From an uncultured Chloroflexia bacterium (lineage in GTDB: Bacteria > Chloroflexota > Limnocylindria > Limnocylindrales > CSP1-4), in the NCBI GenBank assembly GCA_963708065.1, contig CAVPRZ010000004.1, forward strand, positions 326,036 through 390,035: DNA of 64,000 nt. Reading direction: 5' to 3'. How positions within the stretch are numbered: the stretch's first letter is position 1; every line of letters begins with the position of its first letter. The notes under the pieces were generated by a model, which was not told the origin of the DNA, searched no databases, and was given only the letters and a program-made list of their open reading frames with translations. The position numbers were made by a program, and so were the translations under genes. Below are positions 1 through 10,541 of the stretch, one piece after another.

Positions 1-569
1 GTCGACCGTCGCGGTTGCCCTGGCGAATGAGGAGCAGGTAGCCCGAGTAGGCGACGGCGGCGACGAGGCCGAAGGCCACCCCGAGGAGCGGGTCGGCGCC
101 GTAGGCTCCGCTGTCCAGGACGCCCGAGATGAGGATCGCGCCACCCAGGACGAGCGGGAATGCCGGCGGCCAGCCGGCGATCGGGGCGCTCCCCGAACAG
201 GACCCACGACAGGGCGGCGACGACGACAACCTGGAAGTTGGCCACGACGGTCGCCAGCCCGGCCCCGACGAGCAGGACGGCGTGCTGCCAGGAGATGAGA
301 TCGACGGCGAAGCACAGGCCGGCGGCCACGGCCAGCCCCCGCTGCCGCCGGCTCCGCGGCCCGAGCTCGCGGTCCTCGCGGACGACGAGCAGCACGAGGA
401 AGGGCAGCGCGAGCAGGCAGCGGAAGACCGTCGCGGTGGACGGCGATGTGCCCGAGAAGCGGAAGAAGATGCCCGAGAACGCGATGAACGTGGCGCCGAC
501 GACCGCCGCCAGCCTCGGCCGGGCCTGGATCGCGTCGGTGGAACGCCTGACCCCCGCCGGGCGGGTCAC
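1..569 (-). CDS. EamA/DMT-family transporter, N-terminal part; the gene runs off the left edge; one frame break near 170-185
   Basis: Hand translation from GTG at 569 gives [40 protein letters not shown]...[38 protein letters not shown]. After skipping one base it continues [49 protein letters not shown]. The repeated TM pattern is typical of EamA repeats. The GTG overlaps the upstream stop (GTGA, 566-569). It is absent from the ORF track because it is open at the window edge. Confidence 0.5.
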   Translation of the reverse strand, partial: MTRPAGVRRSTDAIQARPRLAAVVGATFIAFSGIFFRFSGTSPSTATVFRCLLALPFLVLLVVREDRELGPRSRRQRGLAVAAGLCFAVDLISWQHAVLLVGAGLATVVANFQVVVVAALSWVLFGERPDRRLAAGIPARPGWRDPHLGRPGQRSLRRRPAPRGGLRPRRRRRLLGLPAPHSPGQPRRS

Positions 570-1552
570 CGCTTCGGGACGGTGATCTTCAGCTTCGAGC
601 CGAACTTGGTGAAGGTGAAGGACGTCCGACCGTGGAAGATCTGGCGCCCGGCCCCGTAGCCCACATCCACGTCGGCGGTGAACACGGCCGACACGGGGAC
701 GCCCTCATCGGTCACGTACACGTCGAGGACCATCTTGTCCGGCACGACCAGGAACTTCGAGAAGTCGAGCATCCGGGCGATGTCGGGGCGGTAGTACTTG
801 TTCGAACGGAGCAGGTGGAGGTGCCGGCCGTTGACGGTGACCGGCTTGACGTAGTCGAGCCAGGCGGCCATCTCGAGGTACAGGAACGGGGTCAGCCGGT
901 AGTAGCGCTCGCTCGTCTGCCGGCCGACGCGGGCCTTGCCCGGGACCTTCACCCAGATGACCCCGTCCTTGCGGGCGATCTTGGACTTCGGCGAGATGCT
1001 GCTGTCGATCCAGCCGGAGTACGTGTCGCCGACCACGTCGATCGACTCCTTGAACGTCTCGAAGGTCTTCTTGTTGATCACCGACTTGCCCGAGGCGGTC
1101 ATGCGGTAGCTCGCCTTCGGGTCGCTGACCAGCTTCCAGAACTTCGCCGCCACGGCCGCGCCGGGGTCGGGTGTCGGCGTGGGCGTCGGTGACGCGACGG
1201 ACAAGGGACCCGTGCCCGACCCACCGCCGGCCGGGGTCGTGGCGGCCGCCTGCCCGGGGAGGCTGCCCGGCGACGACGCGGCGAACGCGAGGAGACCAGC
1301 CACTGCGACGGCGATCACCGCCAGACCGATGATGATCAGCCAGGGCGGTCCACCCGAGGACGTCGGTGTGGGCGGGGGCGGCTCGGGCCGGCCCCACGGC
1401 GTGCCGCGGTACTTCTCGGCGTAGGACGTCGGCAGGTCGCCCGGAACGGGCGGCGGAGCCGCCGGCTGGTCGGCCTGCGGCGAGTCCGACCCGGGCATCG
1501 CCGGCTGCTCGGGCGTCGCCGGCCAGTCGGGCAGCGTCGGCCCGTCGGTCAT
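566..1552 (-). CDS. Hypothetical membrane-anchored protein: Pro-rich N-terminus, one TM helix, globular C-terminal domain
   Basis: This is the internal Met ([11 protein letters not shown]...) of track ORF 566..1813. Its ATG overlaps the aspS TGA (ATGA at 1549-1552). It has the TM segment [23 protein letters not shown] and a non-repetitive Lys-containing C-terminal domain. I recognise no family. Confidence 0.55.
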   Translation of the reverse strand: MTDGPTLPDWPATPEQPAMPGSDSPQADQPAAPPPVPGDLPTSYAEKYRGTPWGRPEPPPPTPTSSGGPPWLIIIGLAVIAVAVAGLLAFAASSPGSLPGQAAATTPAGGGSGTGPLSVASPTPTPTPDPGAAVAAKFWKLVSDPKASYRMTASGKSVINKKTFETFKESIDVVGDTYSGWIDSSISPKSKIARKDGVIWVKVPGKARVGRQTSERYYRLTPFLYLEMAAWLDYVKPVTVNGRHLHLLRSNKYYRPDIARMLDFSKFLVVPDKMVLDVYVTDEGVPVSAVFTADVDVGYGAGRQIFHGRTSFTFTKFGSKLKITVPKR

Positions 1553-3445
1553 GGCCGGCCGGCCGGCTCTTCGCGACCCGGCACGCCGACGAAGCGCAAC
1601 CCGAGCTCGGCGTACTGCTCGGGGTCGGGCGCCGACGGCGCGTCGAGCATCAGGTCGCGTGCCCGACTGGGTCTTCGGGAAGGCCATGACCTCGCGGATG
1701 TTCGTCTGGCGGCTGAGGATCATCGCCCAGCGGTCGATCCCGAGGGCGATCCCGCCGTGCGGCGGGGCGCCGTACTCGAACGCGTCGAGGACGGCCCCGA
1801 ACTTGGCCCGCATCCCGTCGAGGCGTCTGGCCCTGGAGCGCGAAGCTCCGCTCGAGCAGGTCGCGCCGGTGGATCCGGACGCTGCCGCCGCCGAGCTCCC
1901 AGCCGTTGAGGGCCAGGTCGTACTGCATCGCCCGGGCGCGGCCGGCCGGATCGTCGGGCGCCGGACTCGACAGGTCGCCGCTCGTCGTGGTGAGCAGGTC
2001 GAGGTCCTCCGGCAGCACCCCGCTGAACGGGTTGTGGGTGGCGTCCCAGCGACCGTGGTCGGCGTCCCACTGGTACATCGGGAAGCGGTGGACCCAGCAG
2101 TAGGCGAGGACGTCGGGGTCGGCCAGGCCGAGCCGTTCGCCGAGGCGCACCCGGAGCCGGCCGAGGACGTCGGCCGTGGTCTCGGCCGCGTCGGCGACGA
2201 TCAGCACCAGGTCGCCGGGGTTCGCCCCGGCCCGCTCGGCGATCCGCTCGAGCCGGTCGTCGCCGACGAACTTGGCGATCGGCGATCGCGCGCCGCCGTC
2301 CTCGACCGCGACGTGGACGAGGCCCGCGCGCCCCGAACCGCCTGGCGGTTTCGACGAGCTCGTCGATCTCGCGCCGGGTGGCCCCCGCCAGGCCGGGCGC
2401 GACGATCGCCTTGACCCGGCCGCCCGTCGGCGAGCGCAGCGTCGAACACCCCGAAGCCCGTGTCCGGCCGGCCATCGGCATCGGTCAGGGCCGGCGCCAG
2501 GTCGACGAGCTCCATCCCGAACCGCAGGTCGGGCTTGTCGGAGCCGATATCGATCGAGGACCTCGGCGTAGGTGAACCGCGGGAACGGGACCTGGAGGAT
2601 CGGCCGGTCGGGGACGGTCGCCCGCGAGACCTCGATCGCCATCGTCTCGACGAAGCCCATCACGGTGTCCTCGTCGACGAAGCTCATCTCGAGGTCGAGC
2701 TGGGTGAACTCCGGCTGGCGATCGCCGCGCATGTCCTCGTCGCGGAAGCAGCGCGCGATCTGGTAGTAGCGGTCGATCCCGGCGACCATCAGGAGCTGCT
2801 TGAGCTGCTGGGGGCTCTGGGGCAGGGCGTAGACAGTGCCGGGCTGGAGCCGGCTCGGGACGATGAAGTCGCGGGCTCCCTCCGGGGTCGACTTGATCAG
2901 GTCCGGGCGTCTCCACCTCGACGAAGCCGTGGGCCTGGTGGACGTCGTGGATCGCCTGGACGAGGCGCGAGCGGAGCAGCAGGCGACGCTGCATCGGCTC
3001 GCGCCGAATGTCGAGGTAGCGGTGCTTCAGGCGGAGCGCCTCGTCGATCGGGGCGTCCGGCTCGTTGATGTAGAACGGCGGCGTCTTCGCCTCGGCCAGG
3101 ATCTCGAACGTCGCAGCCCGCAGCTCGATCTCACCGGTCGCCAGCTCGCGGGTTCTCGCTCCCGGCCAGGCGCGCGGCGACGGTTCCCTCGACGGTCACC
3201 ACGAACTCGTTGCGGACGCGGCTGGCGACGGCGTGGGCGGCCGGCGCCTCGGTCGCGTCGACGACGACCTGGGTCAGCCCGTGCCGGTCGCGGAGGTCGA
3301 GGAAGATCAGCTGGCCGTGGTCGCGGCGCCGGTGGACCCAGCCGGCGAGCCGGGCCGTCGTCCCGGCGTCGGTCGCCCGGAGCTGCCCGCAGGTATGGCT
3401 GCGATAGGGGGTGGCGAGCGACGGAGCCGCCGAGTCGTCGGTCAT
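1549..3445 (-). CDS. aspS: Aspartyl-tRNA synthetase, reading frame broken about 7 times
   Basis: AspRS segments are spread over track ORFs 3131..3541, 2485..2994, 1650..2789, 2201..2515, 1720..2481 and 566..1813. Examples: [23 protein letters not shown]...; [30 protein letters not shown]; [37 protein letters not shown]; [19 protein letters not shown]; [22 protein letters not shown]...AFPKTQSG. Breaks are near 3150, 2905, 2548, 2420, 2324, 1833 and 1655. Confidence 0.9.
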
Positions 3446-3453
3446 GGCCGGCG

Positions 3454-3460
3454 TATCGTA
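3454..3460. promoter_or_regulatory. Face-to-face overlapping -10 elements in the aspS/VOC divergent gap
   Basis: The palindromic core tatcgta reads TATCGT on the plus strand (53-nt leader with AGGAGG for the VOC gene). It reads TACGAT on the minus strand (9 nt before the aspS ATG). Confidence 0.35.
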
Positions 3461-3512
3461 GTCGAAGGTCCCCCGGGCGAGGACCCCAGCCGCGTTTCCC
3501 AGGAGGCACCCC

Positions 3513-3902
3513 ATGCTTGCCGAGCGCCGCGTCCACGTCACGCTTCCCGTCGCGGACCTCGATCGAGCTCGTGCGTTCTACGAGGGCACGCTCGGCTTCT
3601 TCCCGTACAGCGTCCAGCCCACCGCGGTCCTGTACCGGGCCGGCGAAGGTACCCTCTTCGCGGTCTCGAAGGGCACGGCCCTGTCGAGCGGCGCGCACAC
3701 CCAGATGGCGTTCACCACCGACGACCTGGAGGCGGAGGTGGCCGACGCGAAGGCGCGCGGGGTCGTGTTCGAGGAGTACGACTTCCCGGGCTTCAGGACG
3801 GTCGACTCCATCGCCCCGGTCGGACCGAACCGCGCGGCCTGGTTCAAGGACAGCGAGGGCAACCTCATCGGGATCATCGAGTTCGCCGATCCGGCCGTCT
3901 GA
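3513..3902 (+). CDS. VOC/glyoxalase-bleomycin resistance family protein
   Basis: Intact 129-aa ORF ([22 protein letters not shown]...[15 protein letters not shown]). AGGAGG lies 6 nt upstream of the ATG. Confidence 0.75.
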   Translation: MLAERRVHVTLPVADLDRARAFYEGTLGFFPYSVQPTAVLYRAGEGTLFAVSKGTALSSGAHTQMAFTTDDLEAEVADAKARGVVFEEYDFPGFRTVDSIAPVGPNRAAWFKDSEGNLIGIIEFADPAV

Positions 3903-3914
3903 CCCGACCGGAGT

Positions 3915-4046
3915 CGACCGCGCGGGCACAGCCGGCCCAGGGCCAGGCGCCGGTGAGCACGGGAGCGAGCACACTCCAACGTGCGTGAGCGACCGCGCGC
4001 AGCCGGCAACGCCGCCATGGGTCGGCTGCGACCGCGCGGTCAGCCG
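3915..4046. repeat. Three direct copies of CGACCGCGCG-n(0-4)-CAGCCG(GC) in a convergent intergenic region
   Basis: Copies at 3915-3936 (cgaccgcgcgggcacagccggc), 3990-4007 (cgaccgcgcgcagccggc) and 4029-4046 (cgaccgcgcggtcagccg). The last copy overlaps the hisS stop. Confidence 0.5.
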
Positions 4047-5327
4047 TGCTGGTGGGTCTCGGCCGCCCGCTTGAGCTCGCGGGCGAGGCCGTCGACGGCG
4101 ACCGTCCGCTGCGTTCCGGCCTGCAGGTCGCGCAGCTGGACCTGCCCGTCGGCCTGCTCGTCGCCGACGATCACCGCGAAGTGGGCCCCGTCGCGGGCCG
4201 CCGCCTCGAGCTGCCGGCCGAGCTTGCGTCGGCTCGAGCTCGGCCCGCGCATGGAGCCCGTCGGCGCGGAGCTCGGTGGCGAGCGCCAGGCGCTCGCTCG
4301 TCGCGTCGGGGTCGGCACCGACGACGACCGCCAGCGGCCCGCTGCTCGCCGCCTCGGCGCGACCGGCGGTCTCGAGCGCGAGGACGACCCGGTCGAGCCC
4401 GACGCCGAAGCCGATCCCCGGCGTCGGCCGGCCGCCGAGGAGCTCGACCAGCCCGTCGTAGCGGCCGCCGCCGCCGATCGCCGATTGCTGGCCCTCGGCG
4501 CCCCGCGGGTAGAACTCGAACGCCGTCCGGGTGTAGTAGTCGAGCCCACGCACGAGGCTCGGCTCGAGCCGGTAGGCGATCCCGAGCGCGTCGAGGTGCG
4601 CGCGAACGCCGGCGAAGTGCTCGGCGCACGGCTGGCACAGCCGATCGGCGATCCGGGGCGCCATGGCGTTGAGCGCGGCCATCGCCGGATCCTTGGAGTC
4701 GAGCAGTCGCAGCGGGTTCCGCTCGAGCCGGTCGCGCTCGGCGGCGGGCAGCTCGGCGAGATGGTCGCGGTAGTAGGCGACGAGGTCCGCGACGTAGGCC
4801 GGCCGGCAGGCGCCGTCGCCGATCGAGTTGAGCAGGACCTCGACGTCCTCGAGGCCGGCCTCGGCGTAGAAACGGAGGGCGAGCTCGACGATCTCCGCGT
4901 CGACCGCGGGCCCGGGGTCGCCGATCGCCTCGACGTCGAACTGCCAGAACTGGCGGAAGCGGCCCGCCTGCGGACGGTCGTAGCGGAACATCGGGCCGAC
5001 CATCGCCAGCTTCACCGGCTGCGGCCAGGTCTGCATCCCGTGCTGGACGTAGGCCCGGACGATCCCAGCCGTCGGCTCGGGGCGGAGCGCCCACGACTCG
5101 CTCTCCTCGGTCCGCGGCATGAGCCGGAAGAGCTCCTTCTCGACCGCGTCGGTGGCCTCGCCGAGCCCGCGCTCGAACACCGCGCTCTGCTCGAACATCG
5201 GCGTCTCGATCTCGCGGTAGCCGTAGCGGCCGGCGATCTCGGCCGCCAGGCGCTCCAGCCGCGCCCAGGTCGGACGCTCGTCGGGGAGCAGGTCGCGCGT
5301 GCCGCGGGGCGCGCGGAAGGTGGGCAT
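4040..5327 (-). CDS. hisS: Histidyl-tRNA synthetase, one frame break near 4240
   Basis: MPTFRAPRGTRDLLPDE...FRYDRPQAGRFRQFWQFDVE...GGGGRYDGLV lies inside track ORF 3027..5408. The anticodon-binding C-terminus (KLGRQLEAAARDGAHFAVIVGDEQ...) is in ORF 4040..4549. Confidence 0.9.
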
Positions 5328-5337
5328 CGCCGGAAGT

Positions 5338-5797
5338 CTAGGCGAACAGCAGGACGGAGATCGCGTACGAGACGACGAACGCGACCGCGAGGCAACCCAG
5401 CGCCCCAAGCGCCCGGGCGGGCGCCGGCCACGGCAACCTCAGGATCCGGAGGTTCACCAGGATCCCGACGAGCCCGAGCACCCCGCCCGCCACGCCCGTC
5501 AACCCGAGGAGCCCGAACGGCAGGACGGCCAGGATGAGCTCCCAGAGCGCGAAGGGACGCTCGAGCACGATCGTCGGTCCGGCGTCGACGATCGCCCGGA
5601 GACCGGTGAACGCGCCCGCGAAACGAGATCCGCCGGGTGGAGCCGTCGGCCATCGGCACGAGCCAGGCGGGACGCCCGCGCTCGCGCAGGCGGGGCGCCC
5701 GCTGTCCGTCGATCGAGACGCGCAGGCCGGTGATCTGGCTGTTGTCGACGCTGATCTCGGGGCTGCCCGGCTCGGGCAGGCGGAACGTGTGACGCAT
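5338..5797 (-). CDS. Small hypothetical membrane protein, one frame break near 5622
   Basis: [32 protein letters not shown]... (ORF 5012..5797) continues after a TTT run as [56 protein letters not shown]...VLLFA. That continuation is the tail of ORF 5338..7461. Confidence 0.45.
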
Positions 5798-5807
5798 CCC
5801 GGAAGCG

Positions 5808-8056
5808 TCAGCCGAGGTCGCGCTGGACCGAGATCACGTCCTTGAGCTGCTCGATCCGGCCCATGACCCGGGCGAGCTGCGCTGACCGAGGCGACCTGGA
5901 GCGTGGCGATGACGATCGCCGTGTGGTCCTGCATCACGTTGACCGACGCGGCCAGGATGTTGACCTTGGCCTCGGCCACGACCTGGGTGATGTCCGACAG
6001 CAGCCCCGTCCGGTCGTAGGCCTCGATCCGGATCGCGATCGGGTAGGTCTGCGCCGGCTCGGCCTCCCACTCGACCTCGATGAGCCGGCTGACCTCGCGC
6101 TCGTTCATCACGGTCGGGCAGGACCGGAGGTGGACCGTGACCCCCTTGCCCCGGGTGATGAAGCCCTGGATCGGGTCGCCCGGGATCGGGTGGCAGCACT
6201 GGGCGAACCGGACGAGGAGGTCGCCGACGCCCTTGACCCGGACCCCGCCGGTCCGCTGCGGGACCGTCGACGGGGCGACCGTCGGGAGGGCCAGCTCGGC
6301 GTCGTCGACGACCCCGAGCCGCATGACGACCTGCTGGGCGCCGACCGCCCCGTAGCCGATGGCGGCGTAGAAGTCGTCGAGGGCGTCGTAGTTGTACTGC
6401 TTGCCGACCTCGACGATCTTGTCGAGCCCGACCGACTGGATCGACGTGCGGGCGAGCCGGCGCAGCTCGCGCTCGAGCGACTCGCGGCCGTGGACGATGT
6501 TCTCGTCGCGCTCCTGGCGCTTGAACCAGGCCCGGATCTTCTCGCGGGCATGGCTCGTCCGGACGACGTTCAGCCAGTCGCGCGACGGGCCGTGCTCGCC
6601 CTTCGTCGTGACGATCTCGACGATGTCGCCGTTCTTGAGCCGGTAGTCGAGCGGGACGAGCCGGTTGTTGACCTTCGCCCCGATGCAGCGGTGGCCGACG
6701 TCGGTGTGGATCCGGTAGGCGAAGTCGAGCGGGGTCGAGCCCGCCGGGAGGTCCTTGACGTCGCCGCGCGGCGTGAACACGAAGACCTGGTCCTGGAAGA
6801 TGTCGAGCTTGATCCCCTCGACGAACTCGGTCGCGTCCGAGACCTCGCGCTGCCAGTCCATGAGCTGGCGCAGCCAGGCGAGCTTCGCGTCGTACTCGCG
6901 GTCGGACCGGCTGCCCTCCTTGTAGCGCCAGTGGGCGGCGATCCCGACCTCGCTGACCTGGTGCATCGCGTGGGTCCGGATCTGGATCTCGAGCGGCTTG
7001 CCCTCGCTGCGCGATGACCGCCGTGTGGAGGCTCTGGTAGAGGTTGTTCTTGGGGACCGCGATGTAGTCGTCGAACTGGCCCGGGATCGGCCGCCAGATC
7101 GAGTGGACGACGCCGAGCGCGGCGTAGCAGTCCTTGACCTCCTCGACGAGGCAGCGGATCGCGTAGACGTCGTAGATCTCCTCGAACCCGGCGCCCTTGC
7201 GCTGCATCTTCTTGTAGATGCTGTAGATGTGCTTCGGGCGGCCCTGGAGCTCGGCCTCGATGCCGGCCGCGGCGAGCGCCGGCCGGAGCTCCGCGATGGC
7301 CGCGCTCGATGAACGCCTCGCGGCCCTTGCGCCGGGTGTCGAGGAGCTTGGCCAGCTCGCGGAAGCGCGTCGGGCTCGAGCGCCTTGAAGGCCAGGTCCT
7401 CGAGCTCCCACTTCATCTGCCAGATCCCGAGCCGCTCGGCGAGCGGGGCGTAGATCTCCATCGTCTGGCGGGCGATCCGCTGCTGCTTGTCGACCGGGCA
7501 GGGCGGCCAGCGTGCGCATGTTGTGGAGCCGGTCGGCGAGCTTGATGAGGACGACCCGGATGTCCTCGGCCATCGCCAGGAACATCTTCCGGATGTTCTC
7601 GGCCTGCTGCTGCTCGTGGGTGTGGGTGCTGAACTTGGACAGCTTCGTGACGCCGTCGACGAGATGGGCGACCTCGGCCCCGAAGCGCTCCTCGACGTCG
7701 GACAGGCTGTACTCGGTGTCCTCGGGCACGTCGTGGAGGAGGGCGGCCTCGACGGCGATCGGGTCGATCCCCAGGTCGGCCAGGATCTGGGCCGAGGCGA
7801 TCGGATGGGTGACGTACGGCTCGCCCGACGCCCGCTTCTGGCCGGCGTGGGCCTCGACCGCCATGTCGAAGGCCAGGCTGACCGCGTCGAGGTCGGCCTG
7901 CGGGTAGTGCCGCTCGAGGGCCGTCAGCAGGCCGCGCCGGAGGGGCTCGAAGCTCCGCCGACCGGCGGGCCGGGTCGCGGGCGCGGCCGCCCCGCGGGAG
8001 CCCTTGCGGGCTGGCGTCGTCTGGGTGGTCACAGGCTCGATCGACATCGGTCTCAC
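5808..8056 (-). CDS. relA: Bifunctional (p)ppGpp synthetase/hydrolase RelA/SpoT (Rsh), about 5 frame breaks
   Basis: HD domain ([31 protein letters not shown]), synthetase domain ([16 protein letters not shown]...YQSLHTAV...[10 protein letters not shown]), TGS domain ([31 protein letters not shown]) and ACT-like end. These are split between ORFs 5834..8056 and 5338..7461. Breaks are near 7495, 7362, 7305, 7010 and 5880. The true start may be the ATG at 8047, because the -10 TATCCT at 8057-8062 abuts the GTG. Confidence 0.9.
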
Positions 8057-8135
8057 AGGATAGCAGCGTGCCCGCCGAGCTCCCCCGAGCGTGCCGGCCG
8101 GGCGTGGCCGGACTCAGTCCGCCCGGGAACCCGGA

Positions 8136-8849
8136 TCAGCCGGCGGCAGGGTCGAGCGTGGCGACGAGCACCAGGTCGCCGTCGACGATCCGGAACGAAT
8201 CGATCCGGAGCGGCACGTCGGGGCCGGGCGCCACGAGGGTGATCGAGCCGAGGTCGCCCTGGGCCGGCGGGACGAGGAGGAGCGCCCCGTCGGAGCGGAC
8301 GGCCAGCCGGCCGTTGAGGACGAGGCCGCGCCCCTCGATCCTGACCCGGTCCGGCGCCGACAGGACGACCTTCGTCGGCGTGATCCCGGTCGCCCGCTCG
8401 AGCGCGCTCGAGGCCAGCGCCTCGGCCGTGGCCGCCGGGAACGTGAGCGTGGCTCGGACGCGATCGGCATCACCACTCAGGGCAACCTCGGGGATCGTGA
8501 CCCGGGGGCCACCGCCGGCAGCGGGCAGGCTGACGAAGGAGAGCGTGCCGGACAGGCCCCCGAACGTCCGGTCGATCAGGCGGACGTCGTCGAGCGTCAC
8601 GTCGACGTCGACCGCCTCGAGCCCCCGGTAGCGGGCGTTCGAGGCCCGGATCCGGATCGCGTCCGCGGTCAACCCGAGGAGCTTGGGCGGCGGGTCCGCG
8701 GTCACCGTGACGGTGGTCGTCGCCGCCTGGAAGCCGGCCGCCACGAGGGCTCCCTGGGCCAGCGTCCCGACAAGCGGCGGGAGCAGGAACCAGACGGCCA
8801 GGACGGCGACGGTGACGAGCAGCGCCAGGGTGACCAGGCAGCCGCGCAC
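8136..8849 (-). CDS. Hypothetical N-terminally anchored protein, possibly DUF2993/LmeA-like
   Basis: Tail of track ORF 8136..11447, starting from the GTG at 8849: VRGCLVTLALLVTVAVLAVWFLLPPLVG...DVDVTLDDVRLIDRTFGG...IVDGDLVLVATLDPAAG. It starts 3 nt after the murE stop. The family call is tentative. Confidence 0.5.
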   Translation of the reverse strand: MRGCLVTLALLVTVAVLAVWFLLPPLVGTLAQGALVAAGFQAATTTVTVTADPPPKLLGLTADAIRIRASNARYRGLEAVDVDVTLDDVRLIDRTFGGLSGTLSFVSLPAAGGGPRVTIPEVALSGDADRVRATLTFPAATAEALASSALERATGITPTKVVLSAPDRVRIEGRGLVLNGRLAVRSDGALLLVPPAQGDLGSITLVAPGPDVPLRIDSFRIVDGDLVLVATLDPAAG

Positions 8850-8851
8850 GC

Positions 8852-10541
8852 TCAGCCGGGCGCCCCGTACCCGAGCTCGGCGAGGGCTCGCTCGGCGGCG
8901 GCCCGCTCGTCCCACGGCCGCGGCCCGTCGGGTCCGATGATCGTGGGCTCGTGACCCTTCCCGGCCAGCAGGACGACATCGCCGGGTCGCGCCCGTTCGA
9001 ACGCGGCGGCGATGGCCGTCGAACGGTCGGCGACGACGAGCAGGTCGACCCCCCGGCGGCGGCCGGCCGCCTCCGCGCCGGCGGCGATCGCGTCGTTGAT
9101 CGTTGCGCTCGGCTCGCCGCGCGGGTCCTCGTCGGTCACGACCACGAGCCGGCAGCGCTCCCCGGCGATCCGGCCCATCATCGGCCGCTTCTCGACGTCG
9201 CGCTCCCCCGCCGAGCCGAACACGGCGATCAACCCGCCGCCGGCCGCGTCGGCGCGGGGGCGCAGCAGGTCGAGGACGGTCTCGAGCGCGGCCGGGCTGT
9301 GGGCGTAGTCGACGACGACCCCGAACGGCTGGCCGCGCTCGACCCGCTCCATCCGGCCGGGCACGCCGGGGACCGCCTCGAGCCCGGCCCGGACGGCCGC
9401 CGGGTCGAGTCCCCAGCCGACCCCGAGCGCGACCGCGGCGAGCGCGTTGTGGACGTTGAAGCGTCCGGCGAGCGACAGCGCCAGCGGGTTCGCCCAGCCC
9501 GGCGCCACGATGCCGATCCGGAGCCCGCCCGGTCCCTCGTCGATGGCGTTCGCCCGGACATCGGCGTGGCGCTCCAGGCCGTAGGTCACGAGCCGCGCCC
9601 CGGCGGCCCTCGTCGCCTCGGCGAAGAGGGCCGCGCCCGGGTCGTCGAGGTTGACGACGCCGAGGCGAGGGCGCTCGTCGGGCTTCGTCGGGCGCCCCTC
9701 GCCGAGCCGCTCGAACAGGCTCAGCTTGGCCGCCCGGTACGCCTCGAACGTGCCGTGGTACTCGAGATGCTCGTGGGACAGGTTGGTCAGGATCGCCGCG
9801 TCGTAGGCGACGCCGCCCACGCGCTCGGCGGCCAGGCCGTGGGAGGTCGTCTCGACGACCGCGGCCCGATCGCCGGCGACGACCATCGCCCGGAGCAGGC
9901 GCTGGAGCCGGAGCGCCCCGGGCGTGGTCACGTGGTCGGCCGTGCGGGCGCGGACTGGACCGACCCGGGTCTCGACCGTGCCGACCAGCCCGGCCTGGAC
10001 TCCGGCCGCGTCGAGCGCCGCCGCGACCAGGAACGTCGTCGTCGTCTTGCCGTCCGTGCCGGTGACCCCGACGACCGCCAGGTCGTGGCTCGGATCGCCG
10101 TACCACCAGGCCGCGGCGGAGGCCAGTGCGGCCGCGCTCCGGTCGACGACGAGCTGGGTCCCGCCGGTCCCGGCGACCGGTCGCTCGACGATCAGCGGCA
10201 GCGGCCCCGGCCCGGATCGCCTCCGTGGCGTGGTCGTGCCCGTCGGCGTGCTCGCCGGGGACGGCCGCGAACACTTCGCCGGGCCGGACGAGGCGCGAGT
10301 CGTCGGCGACGCCGCGGACCGCGATCACGCCGAGCGACGCCGGTTCGACGGAGTCCCCGTCGCGGACGACACCCCGGAGCCGACCTTCCGCCGCCAGTCG
10401 ATCGATGAGCTCGCCGAGCGGACGATCACCGGTCGGCTCGGCCTCCTGGACGATCCGAGCCAGCGCCTCGCCGTCGGACGGATCGACCGGGCCGCTGCCC
10501 GTCGAGGCGGCCGTCGCGCGGACCCGCATCTTCGGGTTCAC
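8852..10541 (-). CDS. murE: UDP-N-acetylmuramoyl-tripeptide synthetase MurE, one frame break near 10200
   Basis: N-terminus VNPKMRVRATAAS...VFAAVPGEHADGHDHATEAIRAGAAA, then after the shift LIVERPVAG...VVGVTGTDGKTTTTFLVAAAL...HVTTPGALRLQRLL... (ORF 8852..9931: DYAHSPAALETVL, FGSAGERD, AGKGHE). The GTG at 10541 overlaps the upstream stop (GTGA). Confidence 0.85.

Noticed and set aside
5338-7461. RelA C-terminal region fused to a hydrophobic tail (707-aa ORF).
   Set aside because: The relA frame ends at 5808 after a one-base skip near 5880 ([23 protein letters not shown]-stop). The hydrophobic tail belongs to a separate small membrane gene (5338-5797).
1549-8056. aspS, hisS and relA as genuine pseudogenes, which would indicate reductive genome decay.
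   Set aside because: The segments between breaks retain perfect family motifs, with no stops, deletions or substitution decay. The breaks are single-base and mostly of one type, and the genes are essential. Consensus indel error is far more likely.
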